Below, piece after piece: positions 1 to 13,569 of a DNA stretch of 64,000 nucleotides (position 1 is the first letter of the stretch; every line of letters begins with the position of its first letter). The position numbers and the translations under genes are program-made. The stretch is taken from contig JYFJ02001400.1 of the NCBI GenBank assembly GCA_000934665.2, positions 1-64,000 on the forward strand. The letters are read 5' to 3'. Source of the DNA: Catajapyx aquilonaris. Taxonomy: Eukaryota. The notes below the pieces were generated by a model, which was given only the letters and a program-made list of their open reading frames with translations, did no database searches and had not been told where the DNA came from.

Positions 1-1462
1 CCCCCCCCCCCCCCTAAAAGACTTCGCCAAACTTGTCAAAGTCGGCCAAGGTCCTCATGAAAAATTCTTTTGCCGAACCGATAGGTGGATATGGCCAGCT
101 TAATTTTCCAGCCCGCTCAACCGGGTCCTAAACTGTTAGCTATTTAACCTTTCCGGGGTGATACGATGCAAATGTAAACAAGGCATCGGGGCGATTAGTT
201 CATTAATTATTGTCTATTGATCGGGCGTCAAAATTCATAACAAATTTCGATTTTCTCTTGCATCCTGTGTATACACAATGATTCAATACGTCCGCTAAAT
301 TGATATAATACATTTACATCCCAACAGCTATAAAAATGAGGGAATCCCCGATGTGGCATTCAACGTAACTAATAGTTATGGGCCGTTAGTGGTGAGGTCA
401 CGACGAGAGACCTTCCTGCATTCCATCTCCTCGTCCTGTCGAAAGTTGCTCACCGCGACAATAAATCTGTACGCAACCCGTTTTCATTCTCTTCTCATTC
501 CGCCCAGAACAATCGAGATGCCACCTGCGCCATGTGCGATCCAAATGCACGATTTCCAGGGAAATAAAAACACCATAGCAGACCCCCATGTCCATTGATT
601 GAGTGGGTGGGTTGGAAAACCACGGGGGCATAGCAGGTTCCATTTTGCGCACTTTTCCGCTCCGACGCAACAGAAAAGTGGTCCAGAGATTAAAAAGCTG
701 ACCCGTAATTAAAATATTTGGCCGCGTGCAACATCCCGGAATAATCTACATTTTTGTTGTGCATATTATTTTCTACCCCCGGAAGGAAGCACCTGATAAT
801 AATTTTTTTTTTAAAGCATTGCCCTATGTGGCCTCGCACAACTCTTAACCTGATATCTGCAGGGGCACCGCCTCTCTCGGAAGTCAGCCGACTTTTATCG
901 CGACCTAATGCCAGTCTCAGACGACTGATAGCTCCGCATGGCCTTGCTATGACTCGCTCGGAGCCCATAACGTGGTGGCCCAGCGTCATGCAAGGGCCCC
1001 CCCAAACCCACACCACCAAGGCACCAACCACCACCACCACCACCAAAAAAAAAAACCAAGCCTTTTTGCCAGCCCCATCCATTTTCATAACCTGCGTTTG
1101 GCCCAGGTCAACCTAAGGGAAGTCCAGTTGCGCGGGGTTGCCGGGTTGACACACACGTGGAGTTTTTAGCTAAATATACTGCGGTTTTCTGTATTTTTAG
1201 TCATGTGCATGTGGCGGAAATGGCCGGGTGTGCGAGAATGCTACATGCTTCATTTTTGATAAGGGTGAAAGTCGGTCCGGAGGGGGTTGTTCTCAAAAGG
1301 GTTTCGCTGTTATTTGGAGGTACACAGACTCTATATCTAGCCAGGCCATAATTGTGCACTGACACGTCTGCATTGTTAAAGGCGAAGGGATGGCCAGCCC
1401 TGTTCCAAAAGAACATACAACAATGAGTGATTACAAATATTGTACTTATCATAAATAATTGG

Positions 1463-1607
1463 GGTGAGATTGTGCCAGACAACAGTGCGCTCTACCGCGA
1501 ATTTTACTTGTCACTGCCAACCTTGACCATCCCTGAATGAAACATTTGCTACGCCTGCTGCCAGTAGGGCTCACTGTTGTCCAAAAATGCGCTGGCACAA
1601 TCTCACC
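1463..1607. repeat. Degenerate inverted repeat (probable MITE remnant)
   Basis: ggtgagattgtgccag pairs with ctggcacaatctcacc, and gacaacagtgcgctctac pairs with gtagggctcactgttgtc. A mariner-like end caccctgta lies at ~1642. Confidence 0.5.
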
Positions 1608-4600
1608 AAGTTTGACGGTATCTACACTGGGGCAATGCACCACCCTGTACATTTACTGTTTCTACACCTATCTACCTAGGTAGATGGCAAAATTGTTTGC
1701 CACACAGTGTGCTTGCCATCTGCAAAGGTTGGAATTAGGTGTGTCAGACTCTGGGAGTCAACAGTCTCCGAATATTAGGAGTGCCACTCCGGGAGTTAGA
1801 CGCGTGTCCCATACTGGGAGGGCGATTTCCAACAACAAAAGGTCAGGCCCACTTGGCAGGCAATAATAGTTAAGTCCACTCTTCACTGGGAACATATTCA
1901 CTTTTTATGAAGCCACGTCAACGCAGCGAGCTCTAAGTGTATTAGAACAGCCAACATTGATCCCCCCCCCCCCTCTCTGGGAGCTATTCTTTTTTTCTTC
2001 CATTCCAGGGGGTCTATATCAGCAGCGAATTCAAGTCATTCGGAAGTATGGTCACCAGGGAATACTGACAGCTATCCCGCCAATAGATTGTCACCGAGCA
2101 CGACTTACTGCGCACTTTTTGTCCCCCCTTGCAGTTCGATCCTATTTCTTTTTGCCTCGGAGTGCAGCCCCATGAAACCAATACACTCATTGCTGGCTGA
2201 AAACCATGTGAACAAGTCAAAATGTTAACGCACATGCGAAATGTACGCGCGCATCAAGCCATGATCAATAGCAAAGTAAATACATGGTTTCCTGCACACG
2301 CCCACAATGCAGCGTCATCAGCACACACTTTCTACCGCAGCACTGTCTCTTTACATGAACCATTAGGACCCATCACACATGGACAGTCTGAAAATCCAAT
2401 TAGTGTTGCCCAAACCAGAGGGGCAGTTCACATGGGGGTTGGAATTATAATAAAACAAAAAAAAGAAGCAGCAGCAGCCAAAAACCAGTCTGGCACACCT
2501 GACCTCACCTCGACGTAATTTGCCACCTGAATCGCACCCACTTTTCCCTCCCTGCATAGAGGTGGTCCTGTAAGGGTCGCACAGGTTGACAGGAGGCCCC
2601 CCCTGCAAGTTCTGTAAAAAAGCCTGTGCAACACAATAATTTGCGCCTGGCCCACCTGACCTTTGCCCAGGAGGGGGGCCTGTCACCAGCGTCACCTGTC
2701 CTGCCGCCTGCACAAAATGTACGATTCCTCCTAAATATCACACCCACGCCCCCCCTGTCCAACCAGTAGTACACCGCTTGTTAAAATAATCTCATTAACA
2801 TTTGGCTCAAACACAAATATCCGGGAGACATTTTATTCATATATAATTAACCACTTGGGGCCAAACCGGCTGATCCAATGACCCTGGTTGGTTCAAATAT
2901 AGCCGGAGATAGTGCTAAGGATAGTTCATGTGTGTGTTGATTCCATTGCGTACTGCACAATTGCGCATGCTACGATCATGCTTCCGTTTTCTGGTCATAA
3001 AGGGGGTGGGTGCTCCATGGGGGGGGTGACTGGGGTGGGTGAATGAGGCACGCGAATTGGCAATTGGCGCAGTGTTAGTCGGCGACAAAGTGCGCGAGGT
3101 GACGGAGTGCCTTGGCCCACTCTCAAGGCCCCCAGGCTATCCCCCTGCCCAAATGCATGCAAAGTTTTCGCACATATTTATTGTCTCCCTGGGATCTAAT
3201 CGCCCACTTCCCCCTCCCCTAGTTTTTTTTATTTCACTTTTCCATTTCAGACCCCTGACAGGTGCTATCTCACCTTTCTCGACCCAGTTTGACAAACGGC
3301 GCGGCTAGGTTTTGCAATCACAATATTTTAAAAACTCATCAAATAAACACACCCACGCTGTAACTACCGGTTATTGTCACCTGTGACCTTTATCTTGATT
3401 GCGTCGTCGGCCTTAGATGCGAGCAGCCATCTGATAAACAGGTAATAATCTTGCATAATTTATAGGCGGGACAACTTTCCTGACAGCTCCTCGTCACTTG
3501 GTTCGGCAATGTAATTTACATGCTAAAAATTGCGAGTAGGAAGCTGGAACAGATCCTTTCCACGTGGCAATAAATTAGATTGAATGCTGAAGAAATGTGC
3601 AATTATTATTGGTCCACAGGTTTATTATAAAACTTGTGTAATCCCATGTAACTTGAACTGAAGACGAGGGCAGCCGGAGGGCAGCGCCCCACAAAGAATA
3701 ACAATAAACTAGAAGAATTTGCTGACAGGTAAATATTGTGTTACACTTGGTCGACTCGAGATCGTAAGCTACGCCAGGCTGGTTCTGAAGAAAATTATCG
3801 AATGTTGACTGGACTGTACAAAAACATCTGAGGGGGAAGTCAAAACTGTAACACAAAACCACTATTATTACTTCCCAGAATCACGGAGAGTGGGAGGAAA
3901 TCAAACATACCAACTCTGACTGACTGTGAATGATCATTTCGAATATCACTCGACTAAAATGTGGTTATCGTTATCGTACAGAGCTGATGCCCTCTCATTT
4001 GAAACCTTTGGAGCTGTCCAGAGCGAACAGGGTGCATGTAGTTACCAGAAATCTGAGCAGGAATTTTCCGAATGTTCAACTGCAAAGCCTCGTTAATAAA
4101 ACATGTCCGCCGCCCCCATAAAATATAAATGCAAAAAATCGTACCTTGGACACACTTTTTGAAATACAACCTGCTTTTTTTTCTCCACTTACACTCAAAT
4201 ATTCATGGATAAAACGCTGCTGGTATAGAATATACAGAATATCTAAGAGGCGATCGCCACAAATCATATTAAGCATTGTGAAATCAGAAAAAATATTTGA
4301 TGGTTTCTTTACCTTTATGTGACACACCTGCATTGTATAAATTGGCATGCAATTTTCGTTGGATTATGGCGTGATACAGTGACATTAAATTGAACTCTCC
4401 AGCCCGACATTTCTGCGGTAACGTGTCGCACTTTTATCTTGATTTTTTTTCCCTGTGTCCAATAAGTCCTTGTGGCGAGGCCAAGTTCGTCTCTCTGCCT
4501 CCCAAAGTGCCCTCTTTCTTTTTTATATACCCCCTTTGCGCAGTGTAACGGTACAGAAGCGGAATTATTGAGCATTTCGCCAGCCCACACCTGCAGACGC

Positions 4601-7524
4601 GCAGTGGTTTTTCGTATCTTTTCCCCACCATCTTGATTACGGAATGAGATGCAGGTGCAACCCGAGGGCCAATGGAGCGTGTCAAGTCTCTCGTCACGAG
4701 ACGAATTCTAAACCAAACCTGGGCTGCAAAGAAGCTGGAGGAGGAAAAAAATGTAGTAACCAGCCCTGTAAATTGTAATTCTCTCCTTTGAGTGACGCGG
4801 ACGAAACGCACGAGCGTTTCAAAATAATTCGCACGCAAAAAATATACAAGTCATCTTCTGGCAGCCACTCCGATGCTGGTGGCACGGCCACCTACCACTT
4901 GACATGTACTTGACTCGAGTAATAATTGCTTAATTGGACCCAGTCATTCACGCAGGAACGTGAAAATTAAGGATGACACTACTGGTAAAGCAAAATGTCC
5001 GGAAATTTCGGGGAGGTTTGAAATTTGCAAACAGTATGAATAGTACATGCACTTCTCATCATTTTGGGGGAGTATACACTCACAGGTGGAAAATCCATTA
5101 TGTAACAATCCCATCATCACACACACGCACAATATTGGGGTCGCCCTGGGCGTAGTTGGAGGCCTCAGACCAGGTGTTTGATGTGAATTGCAATCCTCTC
5201 CGGGGCATGGAGAGAACAAGCTCATTTTATGGTCCTATGAATTGGCTATCCAAGCACTGTAATAAACCCCCGCGAGTCCTCTCTCTCTCTGCTAGGGTCC
5301 TGGGCGCTCAAAAGCGGGGCTCCTTCCTTTCGGACTTTTCGTGTCGCTTCGGTGCATCACGACTTGGCCATCACGAACAACTTTGGAGGCTCCGGCAGAA
5401 CAGGATATGTACACGCAGGGGGATGCTTCTCCCATGCTGCCCAAATGGCACCCAAATCACACGAGATGACATTTGCACAAAAAATATACAAGGAGCCAGT
5501 TCACCGTAAACTGATATGCATGGAGCTTTTTTTTTTTCACGGAACCTATTGGTGCAATGTGGTGCTATCTTTTTTGCATACGCGTGGGGTTTTACTCGCA
5601 GGCAAAAAGGCGTGAGCGATAATCAGTCTCTGCACCACTGATTAATTAATCCGGCAAGACCTTGACTAAACCGGAAGTTTGTTGCGAAAAAAAAAGGCAA
5701 CCGACACTAACCGCATGATCACTCCCAATTCGCATTCGTGTGTACCCAACAGGTGGACCTTGATACAATAACCGATTAACCTTTACCATACTCTTCCCAT
5801 CGCGAATAAAAAATTAGCCAATCAGGGTCAAATCCATGCGAAAAAACCTTCACCCTCAGCGAGATGACGCAACGGAATGCGATTGACTTGGGAGCCCAAA
5901 TTCAGGTGCTTAGAGAGGGTCTAAGCATTACTTAATCAAGTCACGGCCTCCTAGCAGATGCTGGGCTTATCCACCACCCAACTCCCCCGCCCCTATTTTT
6001 TTTTTTTTTTAACTTGAAGCGACGACGGCCACAGGCGAAACCAGTTTCCAGGAGCGCAAATGGCAACGGCATAAGATGGAACAAGAGGTTGAGGAAGAAG
6101 AAAAGAAGAAGACGAAAAAAAGAAAAAAAAAATGATGGTGGACGAAGAAACTTAAGCAGCTGCCCTCTCTTCTCCAGGTAGCAGAAGTAGAAGTGGGGCT
6201 CCCTCAACTCTACCGTTACTGCAACTTATCAACTTCTGGCTATAACTCAGTCTGACGGCCATACTAGCTTTCCCATCCACACAGTGACAGGCAGCGGGTT
6301 CTGCCCTCGACCACAAAAGCCTGCTCAATGAGAAACATTCCCAGCCGACAAATTGCCCTCGCACACAAATCATAGTTATTGCTATTCCACTAGCCTTTTT
6401 TTTTGCCATACTTGGTCTGTACTCATACATTGCCCTTTTTTCCCCATGCGTGTAGGTATTGGATGCTGCTAATATCAAACCAGGCCGGATGTTAATGGCA
6501 GAAAAGACACATATCAATCTATGGCTACCAATGTAGATAGCTGGCAATGAGTCAACCGGGCCCAAAACCACATGCGGGGGCTTAGGACAGTCCTTGATTC
6601 ACAAATTCTGAACCCATATAAGAACATGTCTATATAAATGATTATCCTGCATTTCGCAAACATTTAACTTAAAGTGTTTGCCTCCATCGCATGACTCACA
6701 TAATTAGCGTCTGGCCGAATACACGTATCTTTCACATCCAAGGTCAAACTCTTTTGCGACACCTTACACTCTGATCAATGACCTTCCCTTTTTCATCATC
6801 AGCAGGCGGCCAAATTATGACAAGTTCGCATGGGGAATGGCCTTTTCATATATTAAAAAAACTGGACCAGCAGTGTTTATTTATCCATTACCCGCCTTCC
6901 TCACTCATCGCAAAAAGTACAAGAACAGTAACTTGCAAAGTCATCGACTGGAAAGCCATAAAAATGACTTAATCGAACGGTAACGGTTGTTGCAAACTCA
7001 TTTTGAACACTCCGAAATAAAGTAATAATAAAAGCCCATATCGCCACTCGCCATCGCCTGGTCAAAGAGTGAATAAACATAAGGTGACACGGCATAACTA
7101 AGGCTCCCGTGACGCAGTTTCCCAGCTTTAGCCTTGGAATCTGGGAAAACACCGCGCTACTAGTTAGCCCGTGTGTATTCACATGTGGGTAGAAAAAAGA
7201 GGGTGTACGCACTTTTTTGAATACATTTTTTTTTCTCGGGGGAAAAAAATCACTGGTGATGGGGGCAGTGACAACAAAAGTCAGGTCACCTTGAAGGCCT
7301 CTCGGTTCGACCACTAGAGCCCGCAAAACACCTGTCACGAGGCAACTATCGATCTACTCGTGACGTCCTACTTGGCTTGCCAAACTAAAACCTACCAACC
7401 TACTCCTGATGGGTTCGATGTGTGCGAGACCACCTGCCTCGTTATCCACAAGTGGACGGTACGCGACCCTATCCTTGACTCCCGGTAATGAATAGGCCTC
7501 ACACAAACCGGGATTCAGAGAGAG

Positions 7525-7860
7525 ATTAACTTTAAACAGCACGTTCAAAGTTAGCCAACTTCCTTTTTAAACACGCCATTAAAATCTGCTGTTGGTGTTT
7601 AAACAGTGCAAAGTTAGCCAAACTTATTTAATACAGCAGGTGTCTAACTTTACACGCGCCTTTTAAATCTGCCCATGTTTAAATTTAGCCAACTTTCTTA
7701 AATACTGACACGTGCTGTTTAAATTGCATTGTTGCCAAACTTATCTGCTGCTGATGTTTAAACAGTACAAAGTTAGCCAACCTTCTGGAATACAGCAGTG
7801 TCTAACTTTAAACGCGCCATTTTAAATCTGCAGTTGGTTGCATTGTTGCCAAACTTCTCG
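7525..7860. repeat. Degenerate tandem repeat / local duplication
   Basis: The motif aaagttagccaa recurs. A ~90-bp block (tgtttaaacagt.caaagttagccaa...aatacagcag.tgtctaacttt...cgcgcc.ttttaaatctgc) is present at ~7590-7672 and again at ~7745-7832. Confidence 0.7.
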
Positions 7861-8929
7861 AATAAATGGTGTCTAATTTTGTGGACAGCTCTTCTGACAT
7901 AACCAGAGTTAAGCAACCTCTCTGCAATCTTTGCACCCATTTTAGTACTCATTCAGGGTCACTGCCACGTGCATCCATATATAAACCAGGCTCGAGACGT
8001 ACACACATAGCGTGTTTACTTCTTTTAATAAATCTTCACACAATGCTTTTGCCCTTGAACATTCTAAAAAAAATTGGTTAATATGTTGAAAAATTCACAC
8101 AGTCTGGAATATAACAATCTGGACCCTCTCTTCAGTATATCAAAAGGTGCCCAATAAGAAAATGTTAGAAGGAGTAGTAGAGTGGGGGGGAGGGTTCCAG
8201 GGGGAAAAACCGACTCTGCCTAGGGCAGTGTGGGAACCCGAGCGGCGCACACAGGTTTCTGCTCAGTGTAGGAAGTAAACAGTGGGCTCTGCCACGCTTC
8301 ATGACCGCCGTTTTATCCAATGCACCATGTATACTACCTCTCCTCCCCACATCCAAGGATTCATGTCAACCCTTACTATGATCCCAGAATCTCCATCCTA
8401 AGAAAAAGGCCTTGAATTTTGAAAAAGAAAAAAAAAGAAGCAGAAAAAAACTGAGCAGTAATACTAGATCTGAACTGAAGGTCACAGGTACATCGGACAG
8501 CATGTACTGTGCGTCAGTATGTCAGACACAATGCATGCCGCGCAAAGTGTGGAATTAATTGGGGGACGCCTTTGCAATAACAACACCTGCCGGGAGTAAT
8601 AGTCATTTATCTAGGCTTGTTGTTACTGTACCGGTGTAAATTATTACGAGCTGTACATGCACAATAATTAGCAGCAAAAATGGTACCGCTTGTTTACGAC
8701 ACTTGTTCGATGTAAATTTGCGCCTAAATTCACAACTTTTTTTAAAAAATAAATAAGTGGTGGTCAGTACAATGGTTTTATACACAGTATAAAATGCAAT
8801 TGGTTTTATTTCCAAAACTACACAAAAAGTCGCAAACGCCTACACTTTTTGTTTGTTTTTCTGTATATGCAAGTAGATCCAGAACAAATTGATTAACTGG
8901 TAACAATAATAATAGATAATTTTTGCCCA

Positions 8930-9125
8930 GGTGCAAAGTTTCCACTTGAGACTTTCATCTGGAGTGCAATTTACTTACTAGGAGTAATTAACTTTTAAAT
9001 ACTGAGTCTAGCCATATTTAAAAGCAGGACTAAATGGATTGCAAACTTTGCACTCCAAGGCTCCGTTTGTAGTGCAGACAACAACTTTGGAGTGCAAATT
9101 GCACCTATTGTATCCAAATATTTCT
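8930..9125 (-). repeat. Dispersed repeat family with tgcactcc/ggagtgca motifs (copy 1 of 3)
   Basis: Reverse complement gaaatatttggatacaataggtgcaatttgcactccaaag...gagccttggagtgcaaagtt matches ~40160-40250 and ~55810-55885. Confidence 0.65.
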
Positions 9126-9833
9126 ACCTTGCTACATACCATTAATAACAATTATTATCAGCCTCGTGTAAGTAAAGATTGAAATTCACTTTTTGCAACA
9201 GTTCCACACAATTTAATGATCCGATTCACCACTAAATTTGCTGTGTTTATACGTGTTTATTGCACCGGATTTATAAAAACGCGCGTTTGAAGTTAGACAA
9301 CCTCTCTGAATTACTCTGGTTTCACCAACCTGGTTAAAATTGGTTATAGCAACCAAAAGTAAGGATTTTCCGAAAATAGACTCAGATTTATAATATGACC
9401 TATGGTTGGTATGAATTCCGGGTATAGCTGAATGCCATCTTACTTTACACAATTGATAGCAGGTGTGCATAACATGCACCAGTTTGTGAATCCCCAGGTG
9501 TAGTTGACCACCTCAAAAAAATCACATGGTTTGAATCACGTGACCCACCAACTACAAGGTGCGTTCACTACCTACCCTCCTCCTTAAAAAAAAAAGCACG
9601 TGTCTGTACATGAGGGTACGTACCACACGTGACCTGCACCTGTTAGCACCCCGTCGCCATGCTCTTTTATAGCCCCCCTCCCCGACTCCCTTCCCTCAAC
9701 TCAAAAAAGCCACACACAACAACACAGACGCACACTCCCGCCTCCGCCTCGATATGAATAAAATACAGTCCATCTATTTTTAACGGGGCAAAAGCACCAC
9801 CGGAGAGTGTTTCTATTTCTGTCTCCAACTTAC

Positions 9834-10020
9834 CCCCGGCACAGACGTAACTGCGTCTATTTTTGGTGGATGGTGCGCTGGCTGTGGTGCTGCTGCTGCC
9901 GAGTCCGCTGCTTTCCGCCACCTCCGTAGCCCTGCTGCTGCGCTGCCTGGCTGTGGCCTGCCTCTGTGGTGTGTGCTTTTTGCCCCCCTTCCCCACCTCT
10001 TCTGCCCTCCACCGCACTGT
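9834..10020 (-). other. Putative non-coding first exon of a gene extending left beyond the window; 1-9833 would be intron 1
   Basis: Perfect donor GG|GTAAGT (plus-strand acttac at 9828-9833). The exon-like stretch is GC-rich with CAG repeats, starts at an Inr-like ACAGT near 10020, and is preceded by a CT/GA-rich promoter-like region. No convincing CDS in 1-9833. Confidence 0.55.
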
Positions 10021-11054
10021 ATAGTAGAGAGATCCGCAGGGCTAAACTATAGAGAAGAGGAGGGGGGGGAAGGGGAAGGAGGGGGGGCAGCAGGTGCAGG
10101 GAGGGCAACACATGACGTCACGGATTCCTGCGCACCACAAATGGCCGACAGGGTGAGCCACAGGACAGGAATACGCCATTCTGAATCCGGGATGCTCAAT
10201 CCCAGTGCCGTACTGTACAGAGACCGAAAGTACAGGAGTCAACCAGAAACCGGCTTCAAAACCGGATATGAACAGTGCGCTAATTACGCTCCAGCAATTA
10301 CACAGGCATTGTTACCAAGATGTAGCGGATACAAAATGGCGGCCAACTCGCAAACCTGCACACTCCTGCAGTAAAATTAAAGTTAAAAGTTGACCCCGTT
10401 TGGATCGTGCTTTTAACGTTTAAATTATAATCATGATTAACCAGTCGGTTTATGGTTGTTTAACCGGACGTTTGAGGTTCAGTAATAGATTACGTCATTG
10501 CACAGATGGTTGGTTGTAGTCTGTTCGCGGTGGATTGCACAAAGTGGCGGTTATGATTTGAATTTATCGAAAATAAATTAATAATACAAAATGTCATCCT
10601 GTCAACAAGTTGACTCCCCATAGCTTTCCCCTTCAATGTTCAACAATTAGAGGGCAGAGTAGCACCCTTGTGGAGTATCCGCACTCTGACTCATCACCAA
10701 CGTGCATGTAGTACTACTTTCGCCCTGAGAGTGGCAGGAGAGTGTGCAGAGAGGGAGCCTGATGCGCCAACTGGCAGTGGCTTATTGTAGGCTACTACAT
10801 CGAGGACTCCCCCGCTTCTTAGGAGTCTTCTCCAAATGAATAGCTATATCGATTATGTTACAATACTGTTAATTACTGGACTAATTAATTTGTATTATTA
10901 CTTACGAGTAGTACATCCCAATTTGGCAATGGGCCAGCTACTAGTAGAATAAGAAGTGACATGTATAATGGAGTAATTTCAGGTCATGCCGTGTGAATGG
11001 AGAAGACGAGATTGTAATGTTTTATTGTGACAATGTACAAAGCAATAGAATCAG

Positions 11055-12848
11055 TCAGTGCGAGCCTTGCGTAGCCAGCTTGTATCCAAGTTCATTGTCC
11101 AAGTCTGCCAATTTATTCTTTTCATCCTGGAGTAGCTCCTTGGCCTCTTTCATGTTGGCGGGAAGACCATGATATGTTTCCAGTTGCTTCTCCATGTCGT
11201 TGACTGCTGCCTTCAGTTTCTCAAACTCAGAGTGCTCTTCCTCCAAACGCTCGTAAGTCAGTGTTGGCATCTGCAATCGTGAGAGAGGGTAAGAAAAATA
11301 ACAAACATAACAACGAAACACGTACCTTGAATTCACGTAAATTGCTTTTGTACTCGTTTGTTTTCTTAACCCAAAAGTCCATGGCAGATATCTTACTTCG
11401 TAGTTGAGTAATTTCTGAATTTACCAGATCGTGACACTTCTTCTGAAAGCTAAATGTAAAGAATAAGGCAATTGTATATATTTTTTAAACCAATCAATCT
11501 GAGCAGATCCTTACCTTTCTATCTGCTCTTTGGTTGATTTGGCTGAAATGTACTCTTTTTCCAGGTCCAAGTTTTGAGATTTAATCTCCTCAAGTTGTTG
11601 CTCCAATTCATCTATCTTGAGTTCATTGCCGCTGATTTCCACCAAAAAATCTTGCACATACGGTTCATGCAGATTGAGATTCTGTAAGTACAAAAAGGCT
11701 CAATTAGCTGTTTGCAATAATCTGGCAAATTTTTGTAATTGCCATTTTGTTGTGAAACATATCCTAAACTGAACAAAAATTTTAACCATGTTCTTATAAG
11801 GAGGTAATACTCCAATATTTCAGCGGAAGGTTGACAGATGCTTCATGATAAAAACCACACGAGAAGAATGGTGAATTTTGCGCTTTGTGATTGGTCCTCG
11901 CAGCGTTTCTACCAATACTTCTGCAGCAGCCTTGATGTCCACTAGTGCACATTAATAGTTTTTACCCGCAATAACTGCTTATATTCATGTACTTTCCTCT
12001 GCGCTTGGTGTGGCTAGCCAGAATTTATTTCATTGTGAAAATCTTAGCTGAGAGCTGATCAACACTTTCCATATGCTTCATACACATCGAGGTACAAAGC
12101 TATTAAAGCAAGCGTATTCAACAGCATTGCCTTGTTGGTGCCAATAAATTCCAAATATAAAGACTGGGCTCTTTAAATTGTTTTTCATTTACCCACCCAT
12201 AATAGTGGTTCAAGATTTCAGTTTCATAAATCATAACACTACTACTGCCATCACAGAGTTATAATCAAGATTCACTTTCACACGTCTTGCTCACTCTTGC
12301 ATCCAACTGAATTTGACACTTGCATTTCATGACTAGTCACGTACCAGTGCTGCGTTGGTCAACGCTTCAAGGCACAAATTCCCACCGTTTGATAGTTTGT
12401 TCTGGTCAACCCCCAGCCGGAGCAGCAGTTCCAATTTCCTTTTCGCTGAAATGCGTACCAAATCATGAATTATTAAAATATTAGCAGCAATGGAACGAGT
12501 TGATTGCATCGCAACAATATTTTGCAAATATATTTCTTATGATTGATATGCAAGCGGAGGCTTTGAATCAGCAGGGTACGAACGCATGCGAACCTTTCTC
12601 TTCGCTGGCTTCCCCAATCTGCTGGTCAACCTCCGCCGCAATCTTCATCTGCTCCATCCGATTCTGATGTATCCTCCTGAGCTCCAGAAGGGCATCCACT
12701 GTGCGATCAGTCGCCTCAAAAGCCACAGGGTCATCCCTCTCCAGCACCTCAGTCAACCACTCCGTCACCTGAAAATCCACAAAACAAAGCCAATCCAATA
12801 TTTATTTAAAAAAAAAATAGGCCATACCTCCTTGCACTTATCCTCCAT
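11055..12848 (-). CDS. HAUS1: HAUS augmin-like complex subunit 1 homolog, 6 exons
   Basis: Exons 12848-12828, 12768-12594, 12445-12345, 11681-11515, 11449-11326 and 11270-11055 are all GT-AG and phase-compatible. Peptides VTEWLTEVL..FEATDRTVDAL, KLSNGGNLCLEALTNAAL and LETYHGLPANMKEAKELL..LADLDNEL resemble the HAUS1 family as I recall it. AATAAA on the minus strand at ~11021-11026. Confidence 0.8.
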
Positions 12849-12849
12849 C

Positions 12850-13160
12850 GCAACAATGCAACTCGGCCGGCCAGATTGCCTTACAAAAAATTAAAAAGTG
12901 AACAATGTGACGAAAAACCGTTGCCGGCAATGCAAATGAAAAAAATAAAAATGGCCGCCGGAAGTTGTCTGCATCTGGCATGGAACGCCTTTTAATGAAA
13001 TTAACAACTTCAATCATTTATTGCTACTTTATGTATATTTACTTGTATTGTAATACAATTTTAAAAAGTTAATGTTCAGGTACTCAGCAATCGGCTTTTT
13101 TTGTGCCGATCTGACAACCCTGCTTCACAACAGATGCGAAGATGGCGGCCGCCTCGTGCT
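12850..13160. promoter_or_regulatory. Bidirectional promoter HAUS1/DET1
   Basis: Short head-to-head spacer. YY1-like aaaatggccgcc at 12948 and aagatggcggcc at 13139; ETS-like ccggaagt at ~12958. Confidence 0.6.
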
Positions 13161-13569
13161 GCTGAGTTTGTTGATTGAAATTGTTTCATTTTTTTGGCAA
13201 TGTTTTTCGTGCCATTCGCATTGTTGGCGGAATCATTCGGTTGTGAAAAAGTACTTGCCATTTCGACGTCGCAAGTGACACTTAGGAAACGACTCAAAAG
13301 TGGGCAGGAAGGAAGGCGAAATATAAGTCACAGATATTAGCATTATTATTTATTTGAAGGTAAGTGTACTCACTCTGGATTCTTTAAAAAATATGTAATT
13401 TATGCAGTTGGATTATTCCACTTAAAATTTTGCAACTTTTTTGTTTCAATACGTGTGGTATTTTTGCCCAACCATATGTTGGGAGTGGTGCAACGTTTGA
13501 AGCAGTGATTCATTGCATTTTACAGATATGTTACCATGTTATTGCGGCACGTGTTAATCCCCCGGAAAC

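Noticed and set aside
2588..2686. Possible hairpin tgacagg..cccccct / aggggggcctgtca
   Set aside because: The stem is short, bulged and driven by G/C runs, with a large loop; it is not miRNA-like.
7525..7860. Repeat-spacer-like pattern as a CRISPR array
   Set aside because: The repeats are degenerate with repeated, irregular spacers; the context is eukaryotic and there are no cas genes.
353..9600. Many 60-145 aa ORFs in the ORF track
   Set aside because: They are low-complexity or homopolymer-driven, overlap in all frames, and show no recognisable motifs or exon structure.
12285..12310. Possible HAUS1 microexon (LDAR...)
   Set aside because: It would need a ~38-nt intron, and exon 3 already joins exon 4 in phase with a good fit to the family.
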